In this document: piece by piece, positions 25,624 to 34,462 of the stretch
How the letters are laid out: each line of letters starts with the position of its first letter
How positions within the stretch are numbered: position 1 is the stretch's first letter
NCBI GenBank assembly: GCA_040004115.1
Contig: JBDUBO010000011.1
Span: 77 to 64,076, forward strand
Length of the DNA: 64,000 bases
Source of the DNA: Gammaproteobacteria bacterium
GTDB taxonomy: Bacteria > Pseudomonadota > Gammaproteobacteria > Steroidobacterales > Steroidobacteraceae
Reading direction: 5' to 3'
Position numbers and translations under genes: made by a program
The notes under the pieces: model-generated
What the model saw: the letters and a program-made list of their open reading frames with translations, nothing else
Database searches by the model: none
Told to the model about the DNA's origin: nothing

Positions 25624-27225
25624 ATGTCCAATGAAAGCGCGATCCGCCGTGAAGTCGGCGCCATCGCCCTGATGTTTACGGGATTGGGTTCCATCATAGG
25701 CTCGGGCTGGCTGTTCGGCGCCTGGCGCGCTGCCCAGCTCGCGGGGCCCGGTGCCATATATTCCTGGATCATAGGGGCCGTGATCATCTTATTCGTCGCG
25801 TTTACGTATGCCGAACTCGGAGCCATGTTTCCCGAGTCCGGTGGCGCAGTGCGCTATGGGCATTATTCGCATGGGTCGCTGGTCGGATTCGTCGCCGGCT
25901 GGGCCGCGTGGATTGCCATCGTCTCGGTGATTCCGGTGGAAGCCGAGGCATCGGTGCAATACATGAGTTCTTGGCCCTGGGAGTGGGCTCAGCAACTGTA
26001 CGTGCACAAGGCCAACGGGCAGGGCGAACTCACCGTGCCCGGCCTATCCATTGCTGCCGTGCTGGTTGTGATCTATTTCCTGCTCAATTTCTGGAGCGTG
26101 AAGGTTTTCGCCGATACCAACAGCGCCATCACTTTCTTCAAGCTCATCGTACCCGCGGCCACCGCGATCGCGCTGATGTGCACGGGCTTTCACTGGGAAA
26201 ATTTCAGCGTTGGCATTCACGGCGGCCAGCACACCGGAAATCTTGCTTCCATCCTGACGGCGGTTGCGACCAGCGGCATCATTTTCAGCTACAACGGCTT
26301 CCAGAATCCCGTGAACCTTGCGGGCGAGGCTCGAAATCCCGGGCGCAGCGTGCCGTTTGCGATCTTCGGGTCAATTGCGCTGTCCACGGTGGTTTACTTG
26401 TTGCTACAGGTGGCCTTCCTGGGCGCCGTGGCGCCTGATCGTTTGCATGAGGGCTGGGCAGCACTCGAGTACAGTTCGCCGTTCGCGCAATTGGCGCTTG
26501 CCCTGAATCTAAACTGGCTGGCATTACTGCTGTACGCGGATGCCTTCGTCAGCCCCAGCGGCACCGGCACCACCTATACCGCGACCACCGCCCGCCAAAT
26601 CTACGCCATGGAACGCAGCGGCACCGTGCCTAAGGTGCTCGGCCGCGTGCATCCGCGCTTCGGCATACCGCGGCCGGCCATGTGGTTCAATTTGCTGGTC
26701 TCCTTCATTTTCCTGTTCTTCTTTCGCGGCTGGGGCAAGCTCGCGGCGGTGATTTCGGTGGCCACCATCATCACCTACCTGGTGGTGCCGATCAGCGTGA
26801 TGGTGCTGCGGCGCACCGCACCCAACTTCCATCGGCCGCTGCGCGTCCCGGGCTTGAGCGTGCTTGCGCCAATCGCGTTCGTGCTCGCCACTTTGATGCT
26901 GTTCTGGGCACGCTGGCCACACACCGGCGAGATCATGCTGCTGTTGATTCTGCCCATGCCCGTGTATCTGTACTACCAGGCCAAATCAGGTTGGCCTAAT
27001 TTCGGACGGCAGATGCGCGCCGCCTGGTGGTTGATCACCTATTTGATGGTGATCACCGCACTGTCCTGGGCCGGCAGCAAGGAGTTTGAAGGGCACGACT
27101 ACATAGGCTACGGTTGGGATCAACTGTGCGTGGCACTGTCCGCGCTGGTCTTTTATTTTTGGGGGCTCCGCAGCGGCTGGCGTACGCCGGCAGTCGAAGA
27201 GGCTGAGATCCGACACAGGCAATAA
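25624..27225 (+). CDS. APC-superfamily amino acid permease
   Basis: 533 aa, about 12 TM segments. The N-terminal signature is ALMFTGLGSIIGSGWLFG...AELGAMFPESGG. Confidence 0.9.
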   Translation: MSNESAIRREVGAIALMFTGLGSIIGSGWLFGAWRAAQLAGPGAIYSWIIGAVIILFVAFTYAELGAMFPESGGAVRYGHYSHGSLVGFVAGWAAWIAIVSVIPVEAEASVQYMSSWPWEWAQQLYVHKANGQGELTVPGLSIAAVLVVIYFLLNFWSVKVFADTNSAITFFKLIVPAATAIALMCTGFHWENFSVGIHGGQHTGNLASILTAVATSGIIFSYNGFQNPVNLAGEARNPGRSVPFAIFGSIALSTVVYLLLQVAFLGAVAPDRLHEGWAALEYSSPFAQLALALNLNWLALLLYADAFVSPSGTGTTYTATTARQIYAMERSGTVPKVLGRVHPRFGIPRPAMWFNLLVSFIFLFFFRGWGKLAAVISVATIITYLVVPISVMVLRRTAPNFHRPLRVPGLSVLAPIAFVLATLMLFWARWPHTGEIMLLLILPMPVYLYYQAKSGWPNFGRQMRAAWWLITYLMVITALSWAGSKEFEGHDYIGYGWDQLCVALSALVFYFWGLRSGWRTPAVEEAEIRHRQ

Positions 27226-27245
27226 GCCGGGGATCACGCGAGCAT

Positions 27246-27599
27246 CTAGCCGTTCAAAATGTGAGTGCTGACCGGCCAGGTCACTGGACTGGGCTCCACG
27301 CCGAGCGGCGAATCGTGAGTGGGATCGAAGGTGCTCAGCTGGCGTCGCATCCAGACGCCGAATCGTTGGTCGCTTGCAAGCCGTGCTTCGTCGCCGCCAC
27401 GGGCATAATCCTGCAGCGCCTCTTCGTCGATCGCGATGCGGATCATCCGCGATCGCTTGCTCGCGCGAAACGCGTCCGCGGGCAGACGCCAAGAGGCAAG
27501 AATCATCATGTCCTGCCCGCCGCGCGGCGTCAGGATGCGCGAGTCCTCCGGTAGCTGCTGTTCAACAAGATTGCGAAAATGGCTGCTGTAGTCTTTCAT
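27246..27599 (-). CDS. hypothetical protein
   Basis: 117-aa ORF with ordinary amino-acid composition and an ATG start. No motif recognised. Confidence 0.45.
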   Translation of the reverse strand: MKDYSSHFRNLVEQQLPEDSRILTPRGGQDMMILASWRLPADAFRASKRSRMIRIAIDEEALQDYARGGDEARLASDQRFGVWMRRQLSTFDPTHDSPLGVEPSPVTWPVSTHILNG

Positions 27600-27717
27600 C
27601 GAATCTGGGTTATTCGTTTTGATCCACCGCGCCGATATCCTACTCGAATCAATCCATCCTGTGCATCAACGTCTCCCGGCGACGACGCGACAGGGCACCG
27701 TGCGCGGACTACCAAGC

Positions 27718-30282
27718 CTAAGGGCGTGGGCGCGCGCGACGCGTGGGCTCGGCGGTGTACGGATCTTCCGGCCAGTAATGCTTCGGGTATCGACCCTTCA
27801 AGTCCTTCTTGACTTCGTGATATCCGCGCTCCCAAAAACTCACGAGGTCACGGGTAATCTGCACCGGACGCCGCGCCGGCGACAGTAATTTCAGCAACAG
27901 CGGCACTCGTCCGGCGACGACGCTCGGTGTCCGGCTCAATCCGAACATTTCCTGCAGCCGCACCGACAAGGTGGGAGTGTCGCCGTCCTGGTAGTCGATC
28001 GGTATATTGGAGCCGCTCGGGACCGTGAAATGCGTCGGTGCCTCCCGCTCCAGGATCACGCCTTGTGCGTAGCTCAAACGAGATCGCAGGGCATTACTCA
28101 AGTCCATCCGCGCAAAATGCGCGCGGCGGGTGAAACCCGCGATCCACGCTGGCGCCCACGCATCGAGGCTCGCAGCAAGCGCCGCGTCGCTCACGTCAGG
28201 CCAGGGCTCCGGCGACGCGACCGCATGCTCCCGCATCAGCATCACGCGCGCCTGCCACTGCCGCAAGTCTGGGGTCCATGGCAGACCTGCCGACCCCAAT
28301 TGCCTTGCACCGTCGAGCGCCGCAGCCTGCAGCGCTTCGCTGTCGGGGTTGCGCAGCTCGCTCGACTCCAAGACCAGCGCGCCCAGACGGCGCTCGCGCC
28401 GCGCGCGGATCGCCTGGTCCCGCTCGTCCCACAGTATCGCGGAATGATCGAGGATTTGCGCCGAAAATTGCTTTTCGAGGTCCGCAATACGCACGGGTGC
28501 GGCAAGAAAAATTCGAGACTCACGTTCCGCGCCGTCCAGCTCGGCCGCGACGATGTACTCGGCCTTGGACAGTGCCTGTGGTTCGCCAAAGCGTGCGCCG
28601 CGGCCATTCGCCAGCAAGTACCGCCCGCCGTCGCCGCGCGCCTGGCCGATACGATCGGGATAGGCCCATGCCAAGAGAACTCCCGCGGCATCGTGCGGAT
28701 CCGCGGTGTCCCGCCGCTCAGGCGCGAAGCCGCGCTGCCATTGCGCAGAACTGCGCGCTGCCTGCGTCATGGCCCGCTGGTCCACGGTAATTCCCGGCGG
28801 CGGGTTGCGAACTTCGCCGCGCAACACGGCTACCCTGAGGCGCACGTCTGCGTCGCGTGCGCCAATCCCCGCACGCAAGATGTCGCGTTCGCTCAAGATG
28901 GCGGCGAGGTCGCAGGCCAGACGCGGCGCGCCGAGCGCGTCGGCCATGACGAGCATGTGCGCCAGCCTCGGGTGGAGTCCGAGCTTCGCCAGCTTTCGTC
29001 CGTGCGTTGTGACCCGAGCGGTGGAATCGATGGCTTCGAGCTGCCGCAACAAATCGCGTGCCTGCGCCAGCGGCGCTGCGGGCGGCGGATCGAGCCATGA
29101 AAGACTGGCCGCGTCCATTGCACCCCAGCAGCTCAATTCCAGCGCCAGCGGGGCGAGGTCGGCATGCAAGATTTCCGGCGCCGTCTGCGGCGCCAGCGAT
29201 GCCTGTGTCCCCTCTGACCATAAACGATAGCAGTGGCCGGCGCTCAAGCGGCCGGCGCGCCCGCGGCGCTGATCGGCGGCCGCCTGCGACACCTTGGTGG
29301 TCACGAGGCGGCTCATGCCGGTAGCGGGATCAAATTCCGCATAACGGCGCAATCCCGAGTCGACGACGATGCGAATGCCTTCGATGGTCAGGCTTGTTTC
29401 CGCAATGCTCGTGGCGAGCACGATTTTTCGCCGTCCGGCGCGCGCCGGGGCAAGGGCTGCTTCTTGCGCAGCACCCTCGAGATCGCCGTACAGGGGCAGC
29501 ACGCTCACATCCCGATCAAGGCCCGCATCCTCGAGGGCTCGCTGCACCCGCCGGATCTCCGCAGCGCCGGGCAAGAAGCAGAGTATGTCGCCCTCGTGCT
29601 CGCGCAGCGCCCCGCGCACCACTTGAGCCGTTTGCTGTTCGAGAAATATCTCCGGACGCCGTGCCACGTACTGCGTCGCCACTTCGAAGCTGCGGCCGCG
29701 GGCTTCAATGATGGGTGCATCGCCGAGCGGCGCGGCGCCGCCTGCGAGCGAGGCATCTCCAAGCAGCTTGGCGATGGGCTGCAAATCCAACGTCGCCGAC
29801 ATCACCACCAGGCGCAAATCCTCGCGCAGGTTCCGCTGACTTTCGATGCACAGCGCCAAGCCCAGATCGGCATTCAGACTGCGCTCGTGAAACTCGTCAA
29901 AGATCACGCAGCCGATGCCGGCGAGCGCGCAGTCCTCTTGCAGCATGCGCGTGAGAATGCCCTCCGTGACCACTTCGATGCGGGTCTCGCGGCTCACCCG
30001 GGTTTCCAGCCGTGTGCGAAACCCCACGCGCCGTCCCACCGGCTCTCCGAGCAGGTACGCCATTCGCCCGGCAACGGCGCGCGCCGCGATGCGCCGCGGC
30101 TCGAGCATCAAGATTTTTTGTCCCGTCAGCCAGGGGCTGTCGAGCAGGAAGAGGGGCACGATGGTGCTCTTACCGGCACCTGGCGGGGCCTCGAGCAGCA
30201 CGCTGCACCGGGTTGTCAGGGCCTCGGCCAACGCCGGCAGGGCCTCATTGATCGGTAAATCGGGTAGCGGCGGTAGGCTCAC
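27718..30282 (-). CDS. hrpB: ATP-dependent RNA helicase HrpB (DEAH-box)
   Basis: 854 aa with Walker A APPGAGKST, the DEFHER box and SATL, plus HA2 and HrpB C-terminal regions. Confidence 0.95.
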   Translation of the reverse strand: MSLPPLPDLPINEALPALAEALTTRCSVLLEAPPGAGKSTIVPLFLLDSPWLTGQKILMLEPRRIAARAVAGRMAYLLGEPVGRRVGFRTRLETRVSRETRIEVVTEGILTRMLQEDCALAGIGCVIFDEFHERSLNADLGLALCIESQRNLREDLRLVVMSATLDLQPIAKLLGDASLAGGAAPLGDAPIIEARGRSFEVATQYVARRPEIFLEQQTAQVVRGALREHEGDILCFLPGAAEIRRVQRALEDAGLDRDVSVLPLYGDLEGAAQEAALAPARAGRRKIVLATSIAETSLTIEGIRIVVDSGLRRYAEFDPATGMSRLVTTKVSQAAADQRRGRAGRLSAGHCYRLWSEGTQASLAPQTAPEILHADLAPLALELSCWGAMDAASLSWLDPPPAAPLAQARDLLRQLEAIDSTARVTTHGRKLAKLGLHPRLAHMLVMADALGAPRLACDLAAILSERDILRAGIGARDADVRLRVAVLRGEVRNPPPGITVDQRAMTQAARSSAQWQRGFAPERRDTADPHDAAGVLLAWAYPDRIGQARGDGGRYLLANGRGARFGEPQALSKAEYIVAAELDGAERESRIFLAAPVRIADLEKQFSAQILDHSAILWDERDQAIRARRERRLGALVLESSELRNPDSEALQAAALDGARQLGSAGLPWTPDLRQWQARVMLMREHAVASPEPWPDVSDAALAASLDAWAPAWIAGFTRRAHFARMDLSNALRSRLSYAQGVILEREAPTHFTVPSGSNIPIDYQDGDTPTLSVRLQEMFGLSRTPSVVAGRVPLLLKLLSPARRPVQITRDLVSFWERGYHEVKKDLKGRYPKHYWPEDPYTAEPTRRARPRP

Positions 30283-30369
30283 GGATGCCTAAGATAACCC
30301 ATGGGCCGGCATCGAGATGCAGCAGGAGGAGGGGCGCGCCACGCTGTGCATGTTAAGATGCGCGCCGTC

Positions 30370-30674
30370 GGGCCTGTAGCTCAGTTGGTTAGAGCAGGGG
30401 ACTCATCAATAAATGGTGCCTTCGCATCGCAAGGTGCGAAGTGGACGGGATGAATTCAGGGAAACCTCAACAGCGTGGAGCTGCTGGCAACCCTGAGCCA
30501 AGCCGGCGGTGCACCGTCGGAAGGTGCAGAGACTACCTGAGCGCGTTCAAGTCGCGCTTAATGACAGGCTAGAGCGTCCCGCACCCCACTGGGGTGAAGA
30601 GATAGTCCACTCCCTCCGGAAACGGCGGGGCAGAGTGAATCCCTTGGTCCTCGGTTCGAGTCCGAGCGGGCCCA
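30370..30674 (+). tRNA. split tRNA gene, anticodon CAT, most like tRNA-Ile2 (lysidine/AUA-decoding); exon 1 is 30370-30406 and exon 2 is 30638-30674
   Basis: The joined exons give a 74-nt cloverleaf. Acceptor stem GGGCCTG/CGGGCCC, D stem GCTC/GAGC, anticodon stem GGGGA/TCCCT, loop CT-CAT-AA, variable loop TGGTC, T arm CTCGG-TTCGAGT-CCGAG, discriminator A. CCA is not encoded. Confidence 0.9.
30407..30637 (+). ncRNA. group I self-splicing intron (IC3-like, bacterial tRNA-intron type), ORF-less
   Basis: IGS GTG can pair with exon CAT, giving U.G at the 5' splice site. Conserved blocks are TTCAGGGAAACC...CCCTGAGCCAAGCC, GGAAGGTGCAGAGACTA and AAGAGATAGTCC. P2-P9 pairings can all be traced, P9 carries a GAAA tetraloop, and the terminal residue is G 30637. 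Confidence 0.85.
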
Positions 30675-30914
30675 CTAATTCTCGAGAGCCGGGGACGATC
30701 GGTAACGATCGGGTATCACCTACCGCTGGACCCTGCTTCCCTCCCACGTCGATTCGATCTAGTCTACGGCTACAGCCGCGGCCGCGAGATCTGTTTCGCG
30801 CGTGGTTTTCTTGAAGGGCACTCAACACCAAAAAACAATCGGCTTGCCTAACGTCGGCGATTTCACCAATGCATTCGCCAGTTAGGACGGGGAAGCCGCT
30901 AGGGGTAAAAAATC

Positions 30915-32624
30915 ATGAAATCAGTTCCGATAGTCTCAATGTGCGCACTCACCATCTGCTCGCTGCAGTCGGCCAGTTCGTTTGCCAACGGCGCAACGCA
31001 CCATCCGAAGATGGCGACCGCTGCCCCGCTCGCACGCACCGCGTTTCCGAATGGTCTGCTCAGTAAGGGAGGCGATCCGGGCGATGACGACACTGCGATA
31101 TCGGTGGCGCCGAATCTCTCCGCATTATGTCAATCTTATATCGGGAAACTGAACACGTATGAGGAGCCGCGCCCCAATGTCGATCAGATCAATCACGATA
31201 CGTTCGTGCAGGCCGGTACCCAATTAGGCTGCGACAGCGCGCAGAATGAAACCACCATCGCCGTCAACCCCGCCAATCCGCGGAATTTGGTGGCCGGGAC
31301 CAATGACTACCGACTTTTCAATACCCGTGAAGGGCGCAATGACGGCTCGGGCTGGGCTTACACCACGTTTGACGGCGGGCGCAGTTGGCTCGATGTTCAA
31401 TTGCCGCATCTGACCTACCAGACCGATGCAAAAGGTCTGCTGTCCGATATGGATTCGGCGGGCGATCCCGCCGTTGCATTCGGTCCGCACAACACCGTGT
31501 ACTACGCCAACCTGGTGTTCAGCCGCCTGGACAGTGCCAGCGGCGTGACCGTCAGCAAGTCCACCGACGGTGGCCGCACCTGGGGCGAGCCCTCCATCGT
31601 GCATACCGACGGCGTGGACGCGAGCGGAAATTCGCTTCCCACTCCTTTCTTCAATGACAAGGAATGGATCACCGTCGATCAGCACACGGGTACGGTGTAC
31701 GTAACCTGGACGTCGTTCGGCCCCAACGATTCGCCCATTCTGGTGTCACGTTCCACCGACGGTGGAAAAACGTGGTCAGCGCCTGTCGCCGTGAATCCAT
31801 CCTCGACATTCACACCCGGCGGCATCACGGCCTACAGCAGCGGCTCCAATCCCCAAGTCAATCGCCGCGGCGACTTGTTCATCGCCTACGAGTCCGCGGT
31901 GTGCCAAACACTCGCCTGCGACCAGGCTACCGACCATGACGCTGTGATCATAGCGACTTCTCGTGACGGCGGGCTTACCTTCACGAACAAGGAGGTCGCC
32001 TATGACTACGATTTCCCCTTCAACGAGGATACCGGCCGAGACTCGCTCACAGGCGAGAATTTCCGGATCAACAGCTTTCCGCAGTTGGCCATTGACCCCG
32101 TCACCGACGCGCTCTACGCAACGTGGGCCGACGACCGCAACGGTCTGTATGACTCCTCCGGCAGTTCCGTCAAGAGTAACGGCGATGTATTCATCGTCGC
32201 ATCGAAAGACGGTAAGCGCTGGTCACCGACGATCTCGGTGGGCACGGCCGCGGATGAAGTCTATCCCGCCATCGCCGCTTACGGCGGCACCGTGGCCGTG
32301 ACTTTCTACACCCGCACCTACGATGCGAGCGGCATCGGTCTCGATGTTGCGTACGTATCGGGCGAGGCAGAAGACTTGGGTGGCCTGGGCGAGCACAGGG
32401 TTCACCGCGTCACCTCGCAAACATCGAATCCGCAGATTCAATTCGTGGGGGTCGGCGCGGTCACCGGCAACACACTGCAAGGAGTGTTCATCGGCGACTA
32501 CACCGCGGTAGCGCTTGGCGCCGACCACGTGTTGCATCCGAGCTGGACCGACTTCCGCGGCAACCCCGGCGTTACCGCCCCGAACCAGGATGCTTACACG
32601 CAATCGGTCAAACTCGATAATTGA
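30915..32624 (+). CDS. secreted BNR/Asp-box repeat protein (sialidase-like beta-propeller superfamily)
   Basis: Signal peptide and repeated Asp-box motifs S-x-D-x-G-x-T-W (FDGGRSW, SKSTDGGRTW, SRSTDGGKTW, SRDGGLTF, SKDGKRWS). Confidence 0.8.
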   Translation: MKSVPIVSMCALTICSLQSASSFANGATHHPKMATAAPLARTAFPNGLLSKGGDPGDDDTAISVAPNLSALCQSYIGKLNTYEEPRPNVDQINHDTFVQAGTQLGCDSAQNETTIAVNPANPRNLVAGTNDYRLFNTREGRNDGSGWAYTTFDGGRSWLDVQLPHLTYQTDAKGLLSDMDSAGDPAVAFGPHNTVYYANLVFSRLDSASGVTVSKSTDGGRTWGEPSIVHTDGVDASGNSLPTPFFNDKEWITVDQHTGTVYVTWTSFGPNDSPILVSRSTDGGKTWSAPVAVNPSSTFTPGGITAYSSGSNPQVNRRGDLFIAYESAVCQTLACDQATDHDAVIIATSRDGGLTFTNKEVAYDYDFPFNEDTGRDSLTGENFRINSFPQLAIDPVTDALYATWADDRNGLYDSSGSSVKSNGDVFIVASKDGKRWSPTISVGTAADEVYPAIAAYGGTVAVTFYTRTYDASGIGLDVAYVSGEAEDLGGLGEHRVHRVTSQTSNPQIQFVGVGAVTGNTLQGVFIGDYTAVALGADHVLHPSWTDFRGNPGVTAPNQDAYTQSVKLDN

Positions 32625-32736
32625 TTCGCGGCTCACGCCTGAAATGGGGGCGGCGGATCGCAACGCCGCCCCCTCCGGCCGCATCTATCCGTTGCACCCA
32701 TCGACTAGAACAGGTGTTTACGCTGTAATTTACCTT

Positions 32737-32997
32737 ATGATTAAATACGAATCGCAACTGGACGCGGTCTTCGTGGCACTCGCCCACCCAGACCTGAAGG
32801 TGCTCGAGAGGGCCCAGTTGATCAGCCGCAGCAAGACCGCCCAGTGGCGGCCCTGCCAATTGGAAGCGGCTCCCTTGAAAACAGCGTCACTCTGGATCGA
32901 GCAACAGCGAAAAGTCTGGGAATTCCGTCTCGACCGCTTGGAAAAACATCTGCATAGCGTGCAAAAGCAGCGGGGAAGTAGCGATGGCCGAGGATGA
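32737..32997 (+). pseudogene. ArsR/SmtB-family regulator relic with an internal deletion of the wHTH core
   Basis: MIKYESQLDAVFVALAHPD|LKVLERAQLISRSKTAQWRPCQLEAAPLK... The N-terminal (ALA.P) and C-terminal (L.VL..AGLI.S...G) landmarks of ArsR-like proteins are joined without the intervening helices. Confidence 0.55.
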
Positions 32998-33182
32998 AAA
33001 AGAACGCGAGCTGGTACTGCAGCGGGAAATGCCTTTTTCCGACTCTGCGCCAGCGTTATCCCAGCATGAAATCCCGCGACGAGGTGGTCAACAAGTACGG
33101 TGCGGTCGAGGGCGGCAAACAGCAACTGTTGAAGCTTGAGGCCTACGTCAAGGCTAACCTGACCCGTAATCGCATACCTTGA
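32984..33182 (+). pseudogene. SRPBCC/Aha1-like gene relic (N-terminal and C-terminal pieces in different frames)
   Basis: The frame from ATG 32984 gives MAEDEKERELVLQRE..., a typical SRPBCC N-terminus. ORF 32994-33182 ends ...SRDEVVNKYGAVEGGKQQLLKLEAYVKANL, a typical SRPBCC C-terminus. The central roughly 100 codons are missing. Confidence 0.5.
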
Positions 33183-33192
33183 GGCTCTGAGC

Positions 33193-33852
33193 ATGACGAT
33201 CGCCCTCTACGGACATCCCTTCTCCTCGTACACGCAGAAAGTGCTCATCGCGCTGTACGAGAACGGCACGCCTTTCGAGTTTTGTTGCATCGGGCCGGAT
33301 ACGCCGCAGCATTCGGCCGAGTGGCTGCGGCTCTGGCCGCTGGGCAAGTTCCCTCTGCTGGTGGACGGCGAACGCAACGTGGTCGAGACCAGCATCATCA
33401 TCGAGTACCTACACCTCGTGCATCCCGGACCGGTGCGCCTGCTGCCGGCGGAGCCGATGCCCGCGCTGGACGTGCGCTTCCTTGACCGCTTCTTCGATCT
33501 GCACGTAATGACCCCGGTGCAGCATGCGGTGGGCGGTGCGCTGACGGGTGACCCGGTGAAGCGCCGAGAAGGATTAGCCGTTGCTGTGGAAAAGCTGGAA
33601 CTCGCCTATGCGTGGCTCGAAGGGCAGCTTGCCGGCAGGACTTGGGCCGCTGGTGCGGATTTCACGCTGGCGGACTGCGCGGCCGCGCCCTCGCTGTTTT
33701 ACGCAGACTGGACCAACCAGATTTCCGAGGCCTATCCGATACTGTGCGCCTATCGCGCGCGGCTGCTCGCCCGTCCGTCCTTCGCCCGGGCGGTGGAGGA
33801 GGCGCGGTCCTTCCGGCCATACTTTCCTTTGGGAGCGCCGGATCGAGATTGA
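33193..33852 (+). CDS. glutathione S-transferase
   Basis: N-terminal thioredoxin-like GST domain (LYGHPFSSYTQKVLIALYENG...GKFPLLVDGERNVVETSIIIEYL) plus a helical C-terminal domain. Confidence 0.85.
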   Translation: MTIALYGHPFSSYTQKVLIALYENGTPFEFCCIGPDTPQHSAEWLRLWPLGKFPLLVDGERNVVETSIIIEYLHLVHPGPVRLLPAEPMPALDVRFLDRFFDLHVMTPVQHAVGGALTGDPVKRREGLAVAVEKLELAYAWLEGQLAGRTWAAGADFTLADCAAAPSLFYADWTNQISEAYPILCAYRARLLARPSFARAVEEARSFRPYFPLGAPDRD

Positions 33853-33972
33853 AGGGCACTGAGGTTCTGAAACTGGCGAAATAAGTCCATCAATTGGATG
33901 GATAATGAATCTGTTGAGCAGCGCTCCGCAGGGCGCGGATTTTTCCTGCGTCGGATAATTAGAGGACTAGCG

Positions 33973-34449
33973 ATGAACAAGAACACCATCTGCCTGTGGT
34001 ACGACCATGGCGCAGAAGAGGCCGCGCGTTTTTACGCCCGGACCTTTCCCGACAGCACCGTTGGCGCGGTGCACCGGGCGCCGTCCGACTTTCCAGGAGG
34101 CAAGGCGGGCGACGTCTTGACGGTCGACTTCATGGTGTGCGGCGTGCCGTGCCTTGGCCTCAACGGCGGGGACAGGTTCAAGCACAGCGAGGCATTCTCC
34201 TTTCAGATCGCCACCGACGACCAGGCGGAGACCGATCGTTATTGGAGCGCGATCGTCGGCAACGGCGGCGCGGAAAGCGCGTGCGGCTGGTGCAAGGACA
34301 AATGGGGCCTCTCGTGGCAGATCACGCCGCGCGTCCTGACCGAGGCAATGGCCAGGGGCGGCGACGTAGCGAAGCGAGCGTTCGAGGCCATGATGAAGAT
34401 GCGGAAGATCGACGTCGCCAAGATCGAGTCGGCGGTGCGCGGCGGCTGA
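33973..34449 (+). CDS. VOC-family protein (PhnB / 3-demethylubiquinone-9 3-methyltransferase-domain type)
   Basis: MNKNTICLWYDHGAEEAARFYARTFPDS and CGWCKDKWGLSWQI are hallmarks of this family. Start at ATG 33973 inside the supplied ORF. Confidence 0.8.
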   Translation: MNKNTICLWYDHGAEEAARFYARTFPDSTVGAVHRAPSDFPGGKAGDVLTVDFMVCGVPCLGLNGGDRFKHSEAFSFQIATDDQAETDRYWSAIVGNGGAESACGWCKDKWGLSWQITPRVLTEAMARGGDVAKRAFEAMMKMRKIDVAKIESAVRGG

Positions 34450-34462
34450 TCTGCGCTTAGAA

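Noticed and set aside
28030-30258. Several long plus-strand ORFs (for example 28030-29100 and 29233-30258) inside hrpB
   Set aside because: They are Arg/Ala/Pro-rich shadows of the 854-aa HrpB frame, which carries complete helicase motifs.
30370-30674. Alternative identities for the CAU tRNA: initiator tRNA-fMet or elongator tRNA-Met
   Set aside because: The initiator is excluded by the G1-C72 pair. Elongator Met is less likely because the anticodon stem, variable loop (TGGTC) and C4-G69/C5-G68 resemble tRNA-Ile2. This cannot be settled without a TilS-identity or covariance classifier, so Met remains a minority possibility.
30509-30831. ORFs of 101 aa (+) and 94 aa (-) across the intron and tRNA 3' half
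   Set aside because: They overlap a structured RNA with convincing tRNA and group I features. They show no coding signature and no homing-endonuclease motifs (LAGLIDADG, GIY-YIG, HNH).
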